A DNA stretch of 64,000 nucleotides from a virus. Under the pieces are notes generated by a model. It saw only the letters and a list, made by a program, of their open reading frames with translations, searched no databases and was not told the origin of the DNA. This document shows, in pieces, positions 35,548 through 44,524 of this stretch. The position numbers and the translations under genes are program-made. The stretch is taken from positions 1 to 64,000 of IMG/VR virus record IMGVR_UViG_3300022932_000002, one strand, 5' to 3'. Position 1 is the stretch's first letter. The number at the start of each line of letters is the position of its first letter.

Positions 35548-36720
35548 ATGGAAGATATCTTTGATGGAATAAGTCTGGAGGACTTAGAGAATAGTGAAAC
35601 TGGTGTAATTACCCCAGATAGTTTAAAAGCTCCAAAGAATGAAATTAAAAAAGAAATTAAACCTACAACACCAGTAGATTCAGATCTAGAAGTAGAAGAT
35701 GAAAATGCTGTAGACTTAGAGGATTTAATTGACGATACAGATGCCTCTGAAGAAAAGGAATCTCTTGACAAGGAAAAAGAAAAAGGTGACAAGGAAATTA
35801 AAACTCCTGCTGATAAAAAAGGGTCTTCTCATTCTTCTCAAGATACATTTACTTCCTTATCCTCAGCCCTAATTGAAGCGGGAGTTTTTTCCTCTTTATC
35901 AGAAGAAGATACTGTTGAAATTAAAGATGTAGAGTCTTTGATGGAAGCAATATCTAAACAAATAAAAGCTAATGAATTTAGTTCTTTAACAGATGAGCAG
36001 AAGGATTACTTAGAAGCTTTATCAAATGGAGTTGACACAGCAGTTTATGCGCAGAGAAAATCTTCATTACATGAGTATAAGGCTTTAGAAGATTCTAAAA
36101 TTATTCAAGCTCCGAAACTGGCTAGAGAATTAATTAGAAGAGCTTATATTGTAGATGGTTTATCTCCAGAGAAAGCAGATAAGTTTGCTACTCGTGATAT
36201 GGAACTTGAAACTTTTACTACTGATGCAATTGCGGCTAAAAATCTTTTGATTAAATATGAAGAAGATATTTTAGCAGAAGAGATTGAAACAAAAAAGCAA
36301 GAAAAGCAAAAAGCTATAGAAGCAGAAGATGCTAAACTTCAAGCATTGAAAACTAAAGTAAATGAAGTTTCTGATATTATCCCAGGTTTAAAGTTTAATA
36401 GCTTAACTAAAGATAAAGTATTTACTTCAATTACTAAAGCAGTAAAAGTAGATAAAATTGCAGGACCTCTTAATGAAGTAATGGATTCATATAAAAATGA
36501 TGAAAATTACAAACTAAGATTACATGCATTACACGTAGCTACAAAAGGATTTACTGATTTTTCTAAGTTTGAAAAAGTAGCTAAATCTAGTGCTGTTCAA
36601 AAACTAGAATCTCAATTAGGTACAGGTACTCAGTTTAATGGAAGATCCGGAGCACCTAATGTATCTGAAGGTATGAGTAAAGAGGATATAGTAAAAGCTT
36701 TACAAAGCGTAAAATTTTAA
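35548..36720 (+). CDS. scaffolding protein (candidate)
   Basis: Very acidic, low-complexity N-terminus and long helical, Lys/Glu-rich body; sits between the portal and capsid candidates. Confidence 0.5.
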   Translation: MEDIFDGISLEDLENSETGVITPDSLKAPKNEIKKEIKPTTPVDSDLEVEDENAVDLEDLIDDTDASEEKESLDKEKEKGDKEIKTPADKKGSSHSSQDTFTSLSSALIEAGVFSSLSEEDTVEIKDVESLMEAISKQIKANEFSSLTDEQKDYLEALSNGVDTAVYAQRKSSLHEYKALEDSKIIQAPKLARELIRRAYIVDGLSPEKADKFATRDMELETFTTDAIAAKNLLIKYEEDILAEEIETKKQEKQKAIEAEDAKLQALKTKVNEVSDIIPGLKFNSLTKDKVFTSITKAVKVDKIAGPLNEVMDSYKNDENYKLRLHALHVATKGFTDFSKFEKVAKSSAVQKLESQLGTGTQFNGRSGAPNVSEGMSKEDIVKALQSVKF

Positions 36721-36749
36721 ATAATATAATTTAACCTAATAAGAAATAA

Positions 36750-38246
36750 ATGGCAACTAGAATTTCACCATTACAAATGACAGATGCTACTGGATGGAAA
36801 GGGCTTACTACAGAGAACCATATTGGTGCATTGTGGCAAGCAGCTCCTCAGAAAGTATCTGACATGATTATGAATGTACAACAAAATTATTTTGGAAATA
36901 ATATTGATAGTGTACTTGCTAAATTCGATACATTAGAATTTGATACCGATGCTGATTATACTTGGGAACTTACTTCACAAGGATTAGACAATGTAGAACT
37001 TGTAGAAGCTCGTATCGATGGTGCAGTAATTACTCCAGCAGATATGCCAGGTCGTAACTTTGCTACTTTCGAATTAGTATTTGTTAAGGATTGGTTCTCC
37101 AATGGAGAAAGAATTGTAGGAGAACTCAATGAGATCTATCCTGTAATTATCGTAGAAGAGCCTCGTAAAGAAGGCATGTATACAGTTGTAACTGTTAAGA
37201 TGGATACAGGTGATCCACAATTATTCATGCCTTATGATGAATTGATTGGAGGTAAAAGATTCTCTGGTGAATATGCTCCGGTAACTAGAACAATGTCCCG
37301 TAAAGGTAGAGAGATTCGTTACAAGTCTCATATCTCTATGAGAAATGCATTCTCTCAAATCCGTATCCAGAAGAAAACTCCTGGTAACATGCTTGATAGA
37401 AAGATGGGTTCTTTCTTCAAAGATGATAAAGGAAATGTTGTTAAATTCTGGCAACAGTATGAATCTTTCATGTTTGACAATGCATTCCGTGAAGATATCA
37501 ATAAACTGTTGATGTTTGGTACATCTAACAGAAGTGCTGATGGACAATTCCGAATCAAAGATGACAATGGATATGCAATCACTGAAGGTGCAGGTATTCG
37601 TCAACAAATGGAATCTGCTAATACATCTTTCTACAATGTATTTGATATTGAAAATCTTGCATCTCGACTGTTAGATTTATCAGAAGGTAAACTTAAATCA
37701 GATCAGCGTAGCTTTGTATTACGTACAGGAGAAAGAGGAGCTTATGAATTCCATAAGTCACTTGAGAAGTATTCTCAATTGTTTACACCTCTCTTGAATC
37801 AAGATAGAATGTACAAAGTTAGCCAATCAGGTTTCCAAATGGGACTTGGTTATGGTGGACAATTTATTGAATATCTTGGACCTAACAACATCAAAGTTAA
37901 TCTCTCTGTAGATTCAATGTATGATGACAGAAATAGAAATAAACTTATTCACCCAAATGGTGGTGTAGTTGAATCCTATCGTTATGACATCATGGATATT
38001 GGTACAACTGATGGAGCACCAAACATTCAAAAAGTAGGTGTTAAAGGACAATCAGTTATTCATAAGTATATCCCAGGATTGCGTAATCCATTCTCACCAG
38101 TAGGTGAAATGTCAGCAATTGGATCAGCAGAAGATGCTTGGGAAGAGCACAAAATGTTTATTGGTGGAGCTATTGTAAGAGATCCTTCTCGTACAGCTAG
38201 TTTTATCCCTAACATGCAAGCTGGTTATAACGCACAATACGCCTAA
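36750..38246 (+). CDS. major capsid protein (candidate)
   Basis: 498 aa after the scaffold. Codon bias and GC shift generate long antisense ORFs. Followed by a perfect terminator. Confidence 0.55.
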   Translation: MATRISPLQMTDATGWKGLTTENHIGALWQAAPQKVSDMIMNVQQNYFGNNIDSVLAKFDTLEFDTDADYTWELTSQGLDNVELVEARIDGAVITPADMPGRNFATFELVFVKDWFSNGERIVGELNEIYPVIIVEEPRKEGMYTVVTVKMDTGDPQLFMPYDELIGGKRFSGEYAPVTRTMSRKGREIRYKSHISMRNAFSQIRIQKKTPGNMLDRKMGSFFKDDKGNVVKFWQQYESFMFDNAFREDINKLLMFGTSNRSADGQFRIKDDNGYAITEGAGIRQQMESANTSFYNVFDIENLASRLLDLSEGKLKSDQRSFVLRTGERGAYEFHKSLEKYSQLFTPLLNQDRMYKVSQSGFQMGLGYGGQFIEYLGPNNIKVNLSVDSMYDDRNRNKLIHPNGGVVESYRYDIMDIGTTDGAPNIQKVGVKGQSVIHKYIPGLRNPFSPVGEMSAIGSAEDAWEEHKMFIGGAIVRDPSRTASFIPNMQAGYNAQYA

Positions 38247-38266
38247 TACCTAAACTACAACTATAA

Positions 38267-38300
38267 AGGAATACAGTGTAAAAGCTGTATTCCTCTTTTT
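38267..38300 (+). terminator. rho-independent terminator
   Basis: Perfect 10-bp stem AGGAATACAG / CTGTATTCCT, 8-nt loop, then CTTTTT. Confidence 0.85.
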
Positions 38301-38319
38301 AAAATTTAAAAAATAAAAA

Positions 38320-39177
38320 ATGGAGAAGACAATTGAGACATTTGTAGCACCTGAGAAGACTATACTTGTAAAACCAATTATGCGAGTGCGTAATCAACTT
38401 ATTACAGATCCTGAACATGAAGCTTTCTTTTTGTTTGGTAGTGCAACAACAGATTACAGTCTACCTGTAGACAGGCAAAATAACTTACATAATCCTTTTT
38501 CTAGTAAGGAAGAACAACTTTGGTTAGAGAAAGAATTAGATCTTGATCTTAACTTTCACAAATCAAGCAATAACTATTGGCACAAGTTTAAAGTTAAACT
38601 TGGGAAAGATAATAAAAAACTATCTTTAAGAAATCCAAAAGATTATCTTCAATGGTTAGTATTAAAAGCTAATACTCTTTACATTGCTCCAAGTGGAGAA
38701 GAAATGGGTAAAAAAGCTACTTATCGATATGCTTTAGTATCAGAGGATTTTGAAACTAAGAAAATTGGTAAAAAGTCTGATATGAATATCGAAGCTTACA
38801 TGGCTTTAGGTAAAATCAAGGAAGACAGAGATGACATGGTTAATTTCTTGAAAGTATATGGTAAGAAAGTTTCACCAATGTCTAAAAAAGAATTCCTTGT
38901 AGCTGAGATTATGAAAGTAATTGAAGAAGATGTTGAAGGATTCTTGGATATCATGAGAAACAAAAGTTCTTACGATGTTAAACTTTTAATTGCTGATGCT
39001 GTAGATTGTGGAGCAATTATTAAACAAGGACGAAAGTATTCTTTACCAGGAGGTGATGTACTTTGTTCACCAGGTTTATCTCCTACATTAGATAATGCTG
39101 TAGAATATCTTACAGATAAAGCTAATCAGGAAATACTATTGACAATTAAAACAAGAGTGAAAACTGCTAAAGACTAA
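38320..39177 (+). CDS. hypothetical virion-module protein
   Basis: ORF track; 285 aa. Confidence 0.65.
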   Translation: MEKTIETFVAPEKTILVKPIMRVRNQLITDPEHEAFFLFGSATTDYSLPVDRQNNLHNPFSSKEEQLWLEKELDLDLNFHKSSNNYWHKFKVKLGKDNKKLSLRNPKDYLQWLVLKANTLYIAPSGEEMGKKATYRYALVSEDFETKKIGKKSDMNIEAYMALGKIKEDRDDMVNFLKVYGKKVSPMSKKEFLVAEIMKVIEEDVEGFLDIMRNKSSYDVKLLIADAVDCGAIIKQGRKYSLPGGDVLCSPGLSPTLDNAVEYLTDKANQEILLTIKTRVKTAKD

Positions 39178-39179
39178 GT

Positions 39180-39893
39180 ATGACTGCTCAAGAAATGGGA
39201 ACCAGATTTCTGATATTGTATGATAAAATAACTAATTTTTCAGCGCCTGGATATGAGAGTGATGAGATAAGTTACTTTCTTACAAAAGCTCAAGAAAGGG
39301 TTTTCAATAGAGAGTATAACTTCTTAGGAGATAAGTATAGAGAAGGTTTCGAAGAAACTGAATTCACTAAAAAAGATATAAAAGAACTTGTTAAAGGGAA
39401 TTCAGTTTCGCTGGTTCCCTCTACAAGTCAACTAGGTACTCTTCCTAATGGGAAATTTTATGATTTACCAGAAGATTGCCTATATGTTGTATCAGAAGAG
39501 GCTATTATTAATTCTTCTAATTCTTGTAAGAATGGAACTAGAGTTAATGTAAAACCTATCACTCATGATTTCTATTCTATAAATACTAGAAATCCTTTTA
39601 AAAAACCTACTATCCAAAACTTTATTTGGAGATTAGATTACCAAGGGCAGAAACATGAATTAATAACTGATGGTACATATACTGTAGCTGAGTATTTTAT
39701 AAGATATATTGAAAGATTACAACCTATCATCACAGATACAGTTACTATTGATGGTATATTAGGACCTTTAAATTGTAAATTAGATGAGTCAATTCATGAA
39801 AGGATAATTGATGAAGCAGTTAAAATAGCAACAGGAATTACTAATCCAGAATTATATCAAATAAAGACTATAGAACAACAATCAGGTAAATAA
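39180..39893 (+). CDS. hypothetical virion-module protein
   Basis: ORF track; 2-nt gap upstream. Confidence 0.65.
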   Translation: MTAQEMGTRFLILYDKITNFSAPGYESDEISYFLTKAQERVFNREYNFLGDKYREGFEETEFTKKDIKELVKGNSVSLVPSTSQLGTLPNGKFYDLPEDCLYVVSEEAIINSSNSCKNGTRVNVKPITHDFYSINTRNPFKKPTIQNFIWRLDYQGQKHELITDGTYTVAEYFIRYIERLQPIITDTVTIDGILGPLNCKLDESIHERIIDEAVKIATGITNPELYQIKTIEQQSGK

Positions 39894-39920
39894 ATTAATT
39901 AATTATTTAAAAATAAAAAA

Positions 39921-41150
39921 ATGGCATTATTTTCGCAAAAAGACATTCAGCTTTTGCAAATTGGTGGAATTGCTACCAAGACAACTGGTACTATTGAAGC
40001 TATGAATGCAGGTGAAATTGGGATCTTTACACCAGCAGGTGTACGACTCACTGAAGCAACAGCTGCAACAGCTAAACAATTTATCATCGTTAAGAAAACT
40101 TCTGGAGGTATTCCTTTGGTAACTGATACTATTGATAAAACTACTATCAAATTTGCTAAAGCTACATTGTACACAGCATCGCAAGAACAAATCACAACTA
40201 TTGGATACAATGGTACATCAGGTTCTCTGCAAGCAATTAATGATAACAAATATCATGTAAGAATCAGTTTGCGTCAAGGATTAACTTCTAATCATGGTGG
40301 TTTGTATCTTAAACATGGTTATTACACTTCAGATGCTACGGCTACTGAATTTGAAGTTGCTAAGAATCTTCTGTTAGATCTTTCTAACGAATTCTCTAAA
40401 GAAGCTGATAGACCTGTAATTGCTACAATGCTTTGTAACAATGCTGGTGCAGCTTTAGGAGTAGGTCCTTCTACGTTGAGTGTTAATTATGGATCTCGTT
40501 ATATTCTAGCTTCAGATACTACACATACGCTTGTAGCAGGTGATGTAGTTAGAATTGGTGGTACAGCAACAACTACTCCAGTATATGTTGTTAAATCAGT
40601 ATCTGGTGCAACTATTGAGTTGGAATCTCGTTATCTTGGAGCTTCTGCTACAGGTGTAGCTGGTGAAGTTATCACAGCTGCTTTAGCTGCCGCAGCTAGT
40701 TTTGGAATTGTATTGACAGGTGCTGCTGCTGGTTATCGAGTAGGTAGACTTGACCAAGATCTTTCTGTTAACTCTTTTGATGTTACCTTGGAGAATTTTG
40801 GAACTAGTACTTTCGGATTAACCCAACAAGCTAAACCAGGTACAGGAACAGAGAAACAAATTAAAGCTCTTGAATTCTTCCTACAAGGTAATGAAGGTGA
40901 TTATCTGAGACTTGGTGAACCTAATATCTTTGCACCTCGTGCTGAAGCATCAGGAGTATATGATATGATTGATATCTTTGTAGAAGAAATCTATACAGGT
41001 TCAATGGTAGCTAGTCCAATTCGTAAACACTATACATTGGCTATCCCACAAGCAACTCCTAACTATGCTCTAACAGGTACAGCAGATGACATTACAGATG
41101 TATTGGAAGTATTAGCTTTCGGTTCTGTAAATGGAAACTTAACAGTATAA
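39921..41150 (+). CDS. abundant structural protein (second capsid/decoration or major tail protein candidate)
   Basis: 409 aa, Ala/Gly/Thr-rich, GC-richer (two long antisense ORFs), followed by a strong terminator. Confidence 0.6.
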   Translation: MALFSQKDIQLLQIGGIATKTTGTIEAMNAGEIGIFTPAGVRLTEATAATAKQFIIVKKTSGGIPLVTDTIDKTTIKFAKATLYTASQEQITTIGYNGTSGSLQAINDNKYHVRISLRQGLTSNHGGLYLKHGYYTSDATATEFEVAKNLLLDLSNEFSKEADRPVIATMLCNNAGAALGVGPSTLSVNYGSRYILASDTTHTLVAGDVVRIGGTATTTPVYVVKSVSGATIELESRYLGASATGVAGEVITAALAAAASFGIVLTGAAAGYRVGRLDQDLSVNSFDVTLENFGTSTFGLTQQAKPGTGTEKQIKALEFFLQGNEGDYLRLGEPNIFAPRAEASGVYDMIDIFVEEIYTGSMVASPIRKHYTLAIPQATPNYALTGTADDITDVLEVLAFGSVNGNLTV

Positions 41151-41170
41151 TAGACTTAAAAATAAACTTT

Positions 41171-41205
41171 AAAGGGAGGAGGAACTAACCTCTTCCCTTT
41201 TTATA
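41171..41205 (+). terminator. rho-independent terminator
   Basis: 12-bp stem AAAGGGAGGAGG / CCTCTTCCCTTT (one G-U), loop AACTAA, then TT. Confidence 0.75.
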
Positions 41206-41214
41206 TTTAAACAA

Positions 41215-41802
41215 ATGGCATTAGAATTAAACTTTTCCACATGTGTTAAGAATGCATGTAATAACTTAGTAATTAAAGATACTACAGGAATATTTAGCGG
41301 ATCAACTAATCCAGGAGGTTGGAATGGTGACGATAATTATTCTTTAATAGAAGGAGTTCAAACAGCTACTATACAATATTTACTTCCGGGTGAAACTGAA
41401 TATGTAATAGTAGATGTTGCAGATTTACTTATTCAAGCAGGTGAAGAAGATTCTATTGCAGCAGGAATTCTTTTAGTTGATGAAGATATTGATATTATGG
41501 ATGGTCAAATTCATATTATATATACTGTACAAACAGATGCTACTAATGGTAGTCCATTAGAAACATTTACAACTGAAAGCTATATATATTCCTTATGTCA
41601 TGTAAAATGTTGCGTGAATAAATTATGGGTAAAAGTAGCTGAAGGTTGCGGTTGCTGTAATGATAGTTTAGAAAGAGCTATGGAAGCTACAGCTTTACTC
41701 GAAGCTATTAAAAATGCTGCTTGTGGTTCAGCAGATTTAAGAGATAAACTTTTAGCCAAACTACAACGAATTTGTAAATCTCAAAAATGTAATTGTCATT
41801 AA
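41215..41802 (+). CDS. hypothetical structural protein with Cys-rich C-terminal half
   Basis: CHVKCCVNK...GCGCCND...ACGS...CKSQKCNCH. Confidence 0.65.
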   Translation: MALELNFSTCVKNACNNLVIKDTTGIFSGSTNPGGWNGDDNYSLIEGVQTATIQYLLPGETEYVIVDVADLLIQAGEEDSIAAGILLVDEDIDIMDGQIHIIYTVQTDATNGSPLETFTTESYIYSLCHVKCCVNKLWVKVAEGCGCCNDSLERAMEATALLEAIKNAACGSADLRDKLLAKLQRICKSQKCNCH

Positions 41803-41803
41803 T

Positions 41804-42325
41804 ATGTGTGAAAACGATAATTGTCTAGATACTAGATTAACTCCAATAGCTACAGGTGCTCCTGGAATACAAGGTCCAGCAGGTCCACAAGGAGAACCTG
41901 GTGCAACAGGACCTCAAGGTCCAGCTGGAGCATCTGCATCAACTACTGTTTTTTATGACTCTGTACCTGCTGGAGGACAACAAATTTTACAAGGAAACCA
42001 AGCTGAAATATACTCCTGTATACTACCTGGAACAACTGGTCAATATATAATTCATTTCTATGTTAATGTATTAGGTTTTACTGCTGTAGAACCTGCTCCA
42101 GAAATTGTAGGAAGAGTATTTATTACAAATCAAACAGGCGGAATACAGTATACGGAAACTTTTAGGACAGTACATATTTTATCTACTGATAACCATAGAA
42201 CTACAAATAATGGTTTTGTAGTTGCTAATTTCAATACAAATGATGAAATTACTATTCGAGCAGAAGTAACAATAGGTAACATTGAAATTGCAGGTACTAA
42301 CATATTTATTCAAAAATTATCCTAA
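41804..42325 (+). CDS. collagen-like repeat fibre protein
   Basis: N-terminal MCENDNC, nine uninterrupted G-X-Y triplets (GAPGIQGPAGPQGEPGATGPQGPAGAS), then a beta-rich globular C-terminal domain. Confidence 0.8.
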   Translation: MCENDNCLDTRLTPIATGAPGIQGPAGPQGEPGATGPQGPAGASASTTVFYDSVPAGGQQILQGNQAEIYSCILPGTTGQYIIHFYVNVLGFTAVEPAPEIVGRVFITNQTGGIQYTETFRTVHILSTDNHRTTNNGFVVANFNTNDEITIRAEVTIGNIEIAGTNIFIQKLS

Positions 42326-42327
42326 TT

Positions 42328-42801
42328 ATGTGTTGTGGAAATTGTACAGAATCAAGTTTAATTAATTTACCTATTGGTCCTCAAGGACCTCCGGGAAGTG
42401 TAGCTGACTGTGTATGCGACTATAAATTTATCACAAGTAATTATAATAGTGGAGAATTTTATGTAAATACTACAACTTCATTTAACTGGACTAGTTTACC
42501 TTCAGCATATTTAACATCTACATTTACAGCTGCTCAAACAGGAAAATATAAGATTACTGTTGATGTAGGTTGTGAAAATGAAAGTGTTCCAAGTATTTGT
42601 CTTTTAGGTATCAGTATAAATAATGCTACTCCAGTAAATAATCCATTTAGTCAGTATAGCATTTCACCTTCTTATAACTCTAAAACAATTCATTTCATTG
42701 TTGATTTAACAGCTACTAATATTGTAACATTAAAAACAAAATTTACAACAGGTTCTATTGGTATTGATGGAATTAAAATGATTGTTGAAAAAATAGCTTA
42801 G
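42328..42801 (+). CDS. short collagen-like fibre protein, paralogue of 41804..42325
   Basis: N-terminal MCCGNC, GPQGPPGS. The C-terminal domain has the same layout and a similar ending (IKMIVEKIA vs NIFIQKLS). Confidence 0.7.
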   Translation: MCCGNCTESSLINLPIGPQGPPGSVADCVCDYKFITSNYNSGEFYVNTTTSFNWTSLPSAYLTSTFTAAQTGKYKITVDVGCENESVPSICLLGISINNATPVNNPFSQYSISPSYNSKTIHFIVDLTATNIVTLKTKFTTGSIGIDGIKMIVEKIA

Positions 42802-42805
42802 TAAT

Positions 42806-43066
42806 ATGACACTAGAAGATAAAAATAAATGGGTTGCATATTTTAGATGTACTCATTCTAATTGGCTCATTAATTTTAATAATCTTCTATCATATGATGC
42901 TTATAATATAAAATTAATGCAAAAAAATATTACAATAGTTAATCTAATAAATACTTTTAATAGTTATGATACTGAAACAGAAGATAACTGTTTAACATTA
43001 GAAGATCTTTGTACTATTAAGAATAAAATAATCAAATTACTCGGAGATTGTTCAACTTGTAATTAA
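42806..43066 (+). CDS. hypothetical protein with C-terminal Cys motif
   Basis: Ends LLGDCSTCN; possible fibre assembly factor (inference only). Confidence 0.55.
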   Translation: MTLEDKNKWVAYFRCTHSNWLINFNNLLSYDAYNIKLMQKNITIVNLINTFNSYDTETEDNCLTLEDLCTIKNKIIKLLGDCSTCN

Positions 43067-43084
43067 ATATATAAAAATCAACAT

Positions 43085-44521
43085 ATGGCAGCTAATAATG
43101 TATACTTTCCACAAATTGATAGAGCTGGCTCAATAGCAGCAGAAAACTATACTTTAATAGATAATAAAGATACAGGACTGCCTTTAAAAATTACAATAAA
43201 AGAGTTCTTAAATTACATTCAGGATAATATTGTTATAGATATTCCTGAACCTGAAGAAACAGTATTGCCATTTGTATTACCTGAAATGTATGGAGCGGTA
43301 GGAAATGGTATTGTAGATGATTCTGCTGCTATACAATTAGCTATTAATTCAGGGATTGACGTATATTTTACTAATAAAATCTATAAAGTAGAGAATACAA
43401 TTAATCTTTCATCTAAAGTAAATTTATTTGGAAACGGAGCAACATTACAGACAACTTCAAATATTGCTATTTTCAAAGCATCAACTTCTGGAGAATTTAT
43501 AAGTATAAATGATTTTATATTTAAAGGTAATAATACAGGTATTCAACAAATGGGCATTAGTATTTTAGGCTTATCTGATTTATCTGTATTAATAGAAAGT
43601 ACAAAGATTAGTAATTGTACATTCTTGAATCTCACATATGGGTTTTATACAAAATATAATTTTAGCTCTGGAATATCTAAATTTCCAAAAAGTACATTGA
43701 TACAATGTTATGCTAGAAATTGTAATGTTGGATTCTTTTGCGCAGAAAAAGCATCACAAAACTTCTTTGAAGGGTGTCATGCCGTAGAAAATTCTATAGG
43801 TTTAATAGACTATGGAGCCAGTAATAAATTCTCTGGAGGTAGTATCTCAGGTAATGCCACAGGAATTGATATTAATGGTCAAGGAGATACATCTAACTTA
43901 GATGGATATTCCTCTATTATTGGTACAACAATGACTAGAAATGATACTGTTATTAGAGTAGAAGATAGGCCATATGGTTATAGCTTTATAGGTTGTGATA
44001 TTATAAACAACGGAGCAATAAGATTAGCTACTACAGACATTATTAATTTTGAAAGTTGTAAAATATCTGTAGAAACTCTTACGATTAATAATTGTACAGA
44101 GTTATTCTTCAGAGCTTGTTCTTTTATTGAAAATCCGGTATTTGCAGTAACTCTTCCAGCAAGTAAACAGAAACCTGCATTTATGACTTGTAACTTTGTA
44201 GAAGGTAGACCTACAGAAGCTAATATTGCAGTAGATATTGATAGTGTTGTTTCTACAGAAATAGCATTCGACATTCCTTCTATTCCGACAGTTTGTACTT
44301 TTACAGGGAATGCTGATGCTATATGGATTTTACCTTCAGTATTAGGCTACGCAGGATTAAAATTACCTATTATAAACAATGGAACTGCTAATTTAACTAT
44401 TAAAAGTTTTGAAGGTACAGCCAAAATATTTTATGCTGGATCAGCAGTTACTGAGGTTACTCTTACTCCTGGAGATTTTTTAAATTTAGTCAATAACACA
44501 ATATACTATTTAAGTTTATAA
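43085..44521 (+). CDS. tailspike/depolymerase with pectate-lyase-like right-handed beta-helix
   Basis: YGAVGNGIVDDSAAIQLAINSG matches the YGA.GDG..DD..AIQ.AI signature of pectate_lyase_3-type domains. Repetitive N/G/I-rich beta-helix-like rungs follow. Confidence 0.7.
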   Translation: MAANNVYFPQIDRAGSIAAENYTLIDNKDTGLPLKITIKEFLNYIQDNIVIDIPEPEETVLPFVLPEMYGAVGNGIVDDSAAIQLAINSGIDVYFTNKIYKVENTINLSSKVNLFGNGATLQTTSNIAIFKASTSGEFISINDFIFKGNNTGIQQMGISILGLSDLSVLIESTKISNCTFLNLTYGFYTKYNFSSGISKFPKSTLIQCYARNCNVGFFCAEKASQNFFEGCHAVENSIGLIDYGASNKFSGGSISGNATGIDINGQGDTSNLDGYSSIIGTTMTRNDTVIRVEDRPYGYSFIGCDIINNGAIRLATTDIINFESCKISVETLTINNCTELFFRACSFIENPVFAVTLPASKQKPAFMTCNFVEGRPTEANIAVDIDSVVSTEIAFDIPSIPTVCTFTGNADAIWILPSVLGYAGLKLPIINNGTANLTIKSFEGTAKIFYAGSAVTEVTLTPGDFLNLVNNTIYYLSL

Positions 44522-44524
44522 AAA

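Noticed and set aside
35053-35792. Antisense Ser/Leu-rich ORFs 35053..35331(-) and 35508..35792(-), and similar antisense ORFs at 32154, 33980, 37221, 37355, 39927, 39947, 43978, 45376, 50047, 52789, 54956, 59748, 61762, 62443 and 63660.
   Set aside because: All lie fully inside long, well-supported plus-strand genes and have low-complexity or odd composition. They are typical shadow ORFs of codon-biased genes.
41856-42050. Alternative-frame ORF within the collagen-like gene.
   Set aside because: It is produced by the repetitive GGN CCN codon structure of the Gly-X-Y repeats. The collagen frame is clearly the real one.
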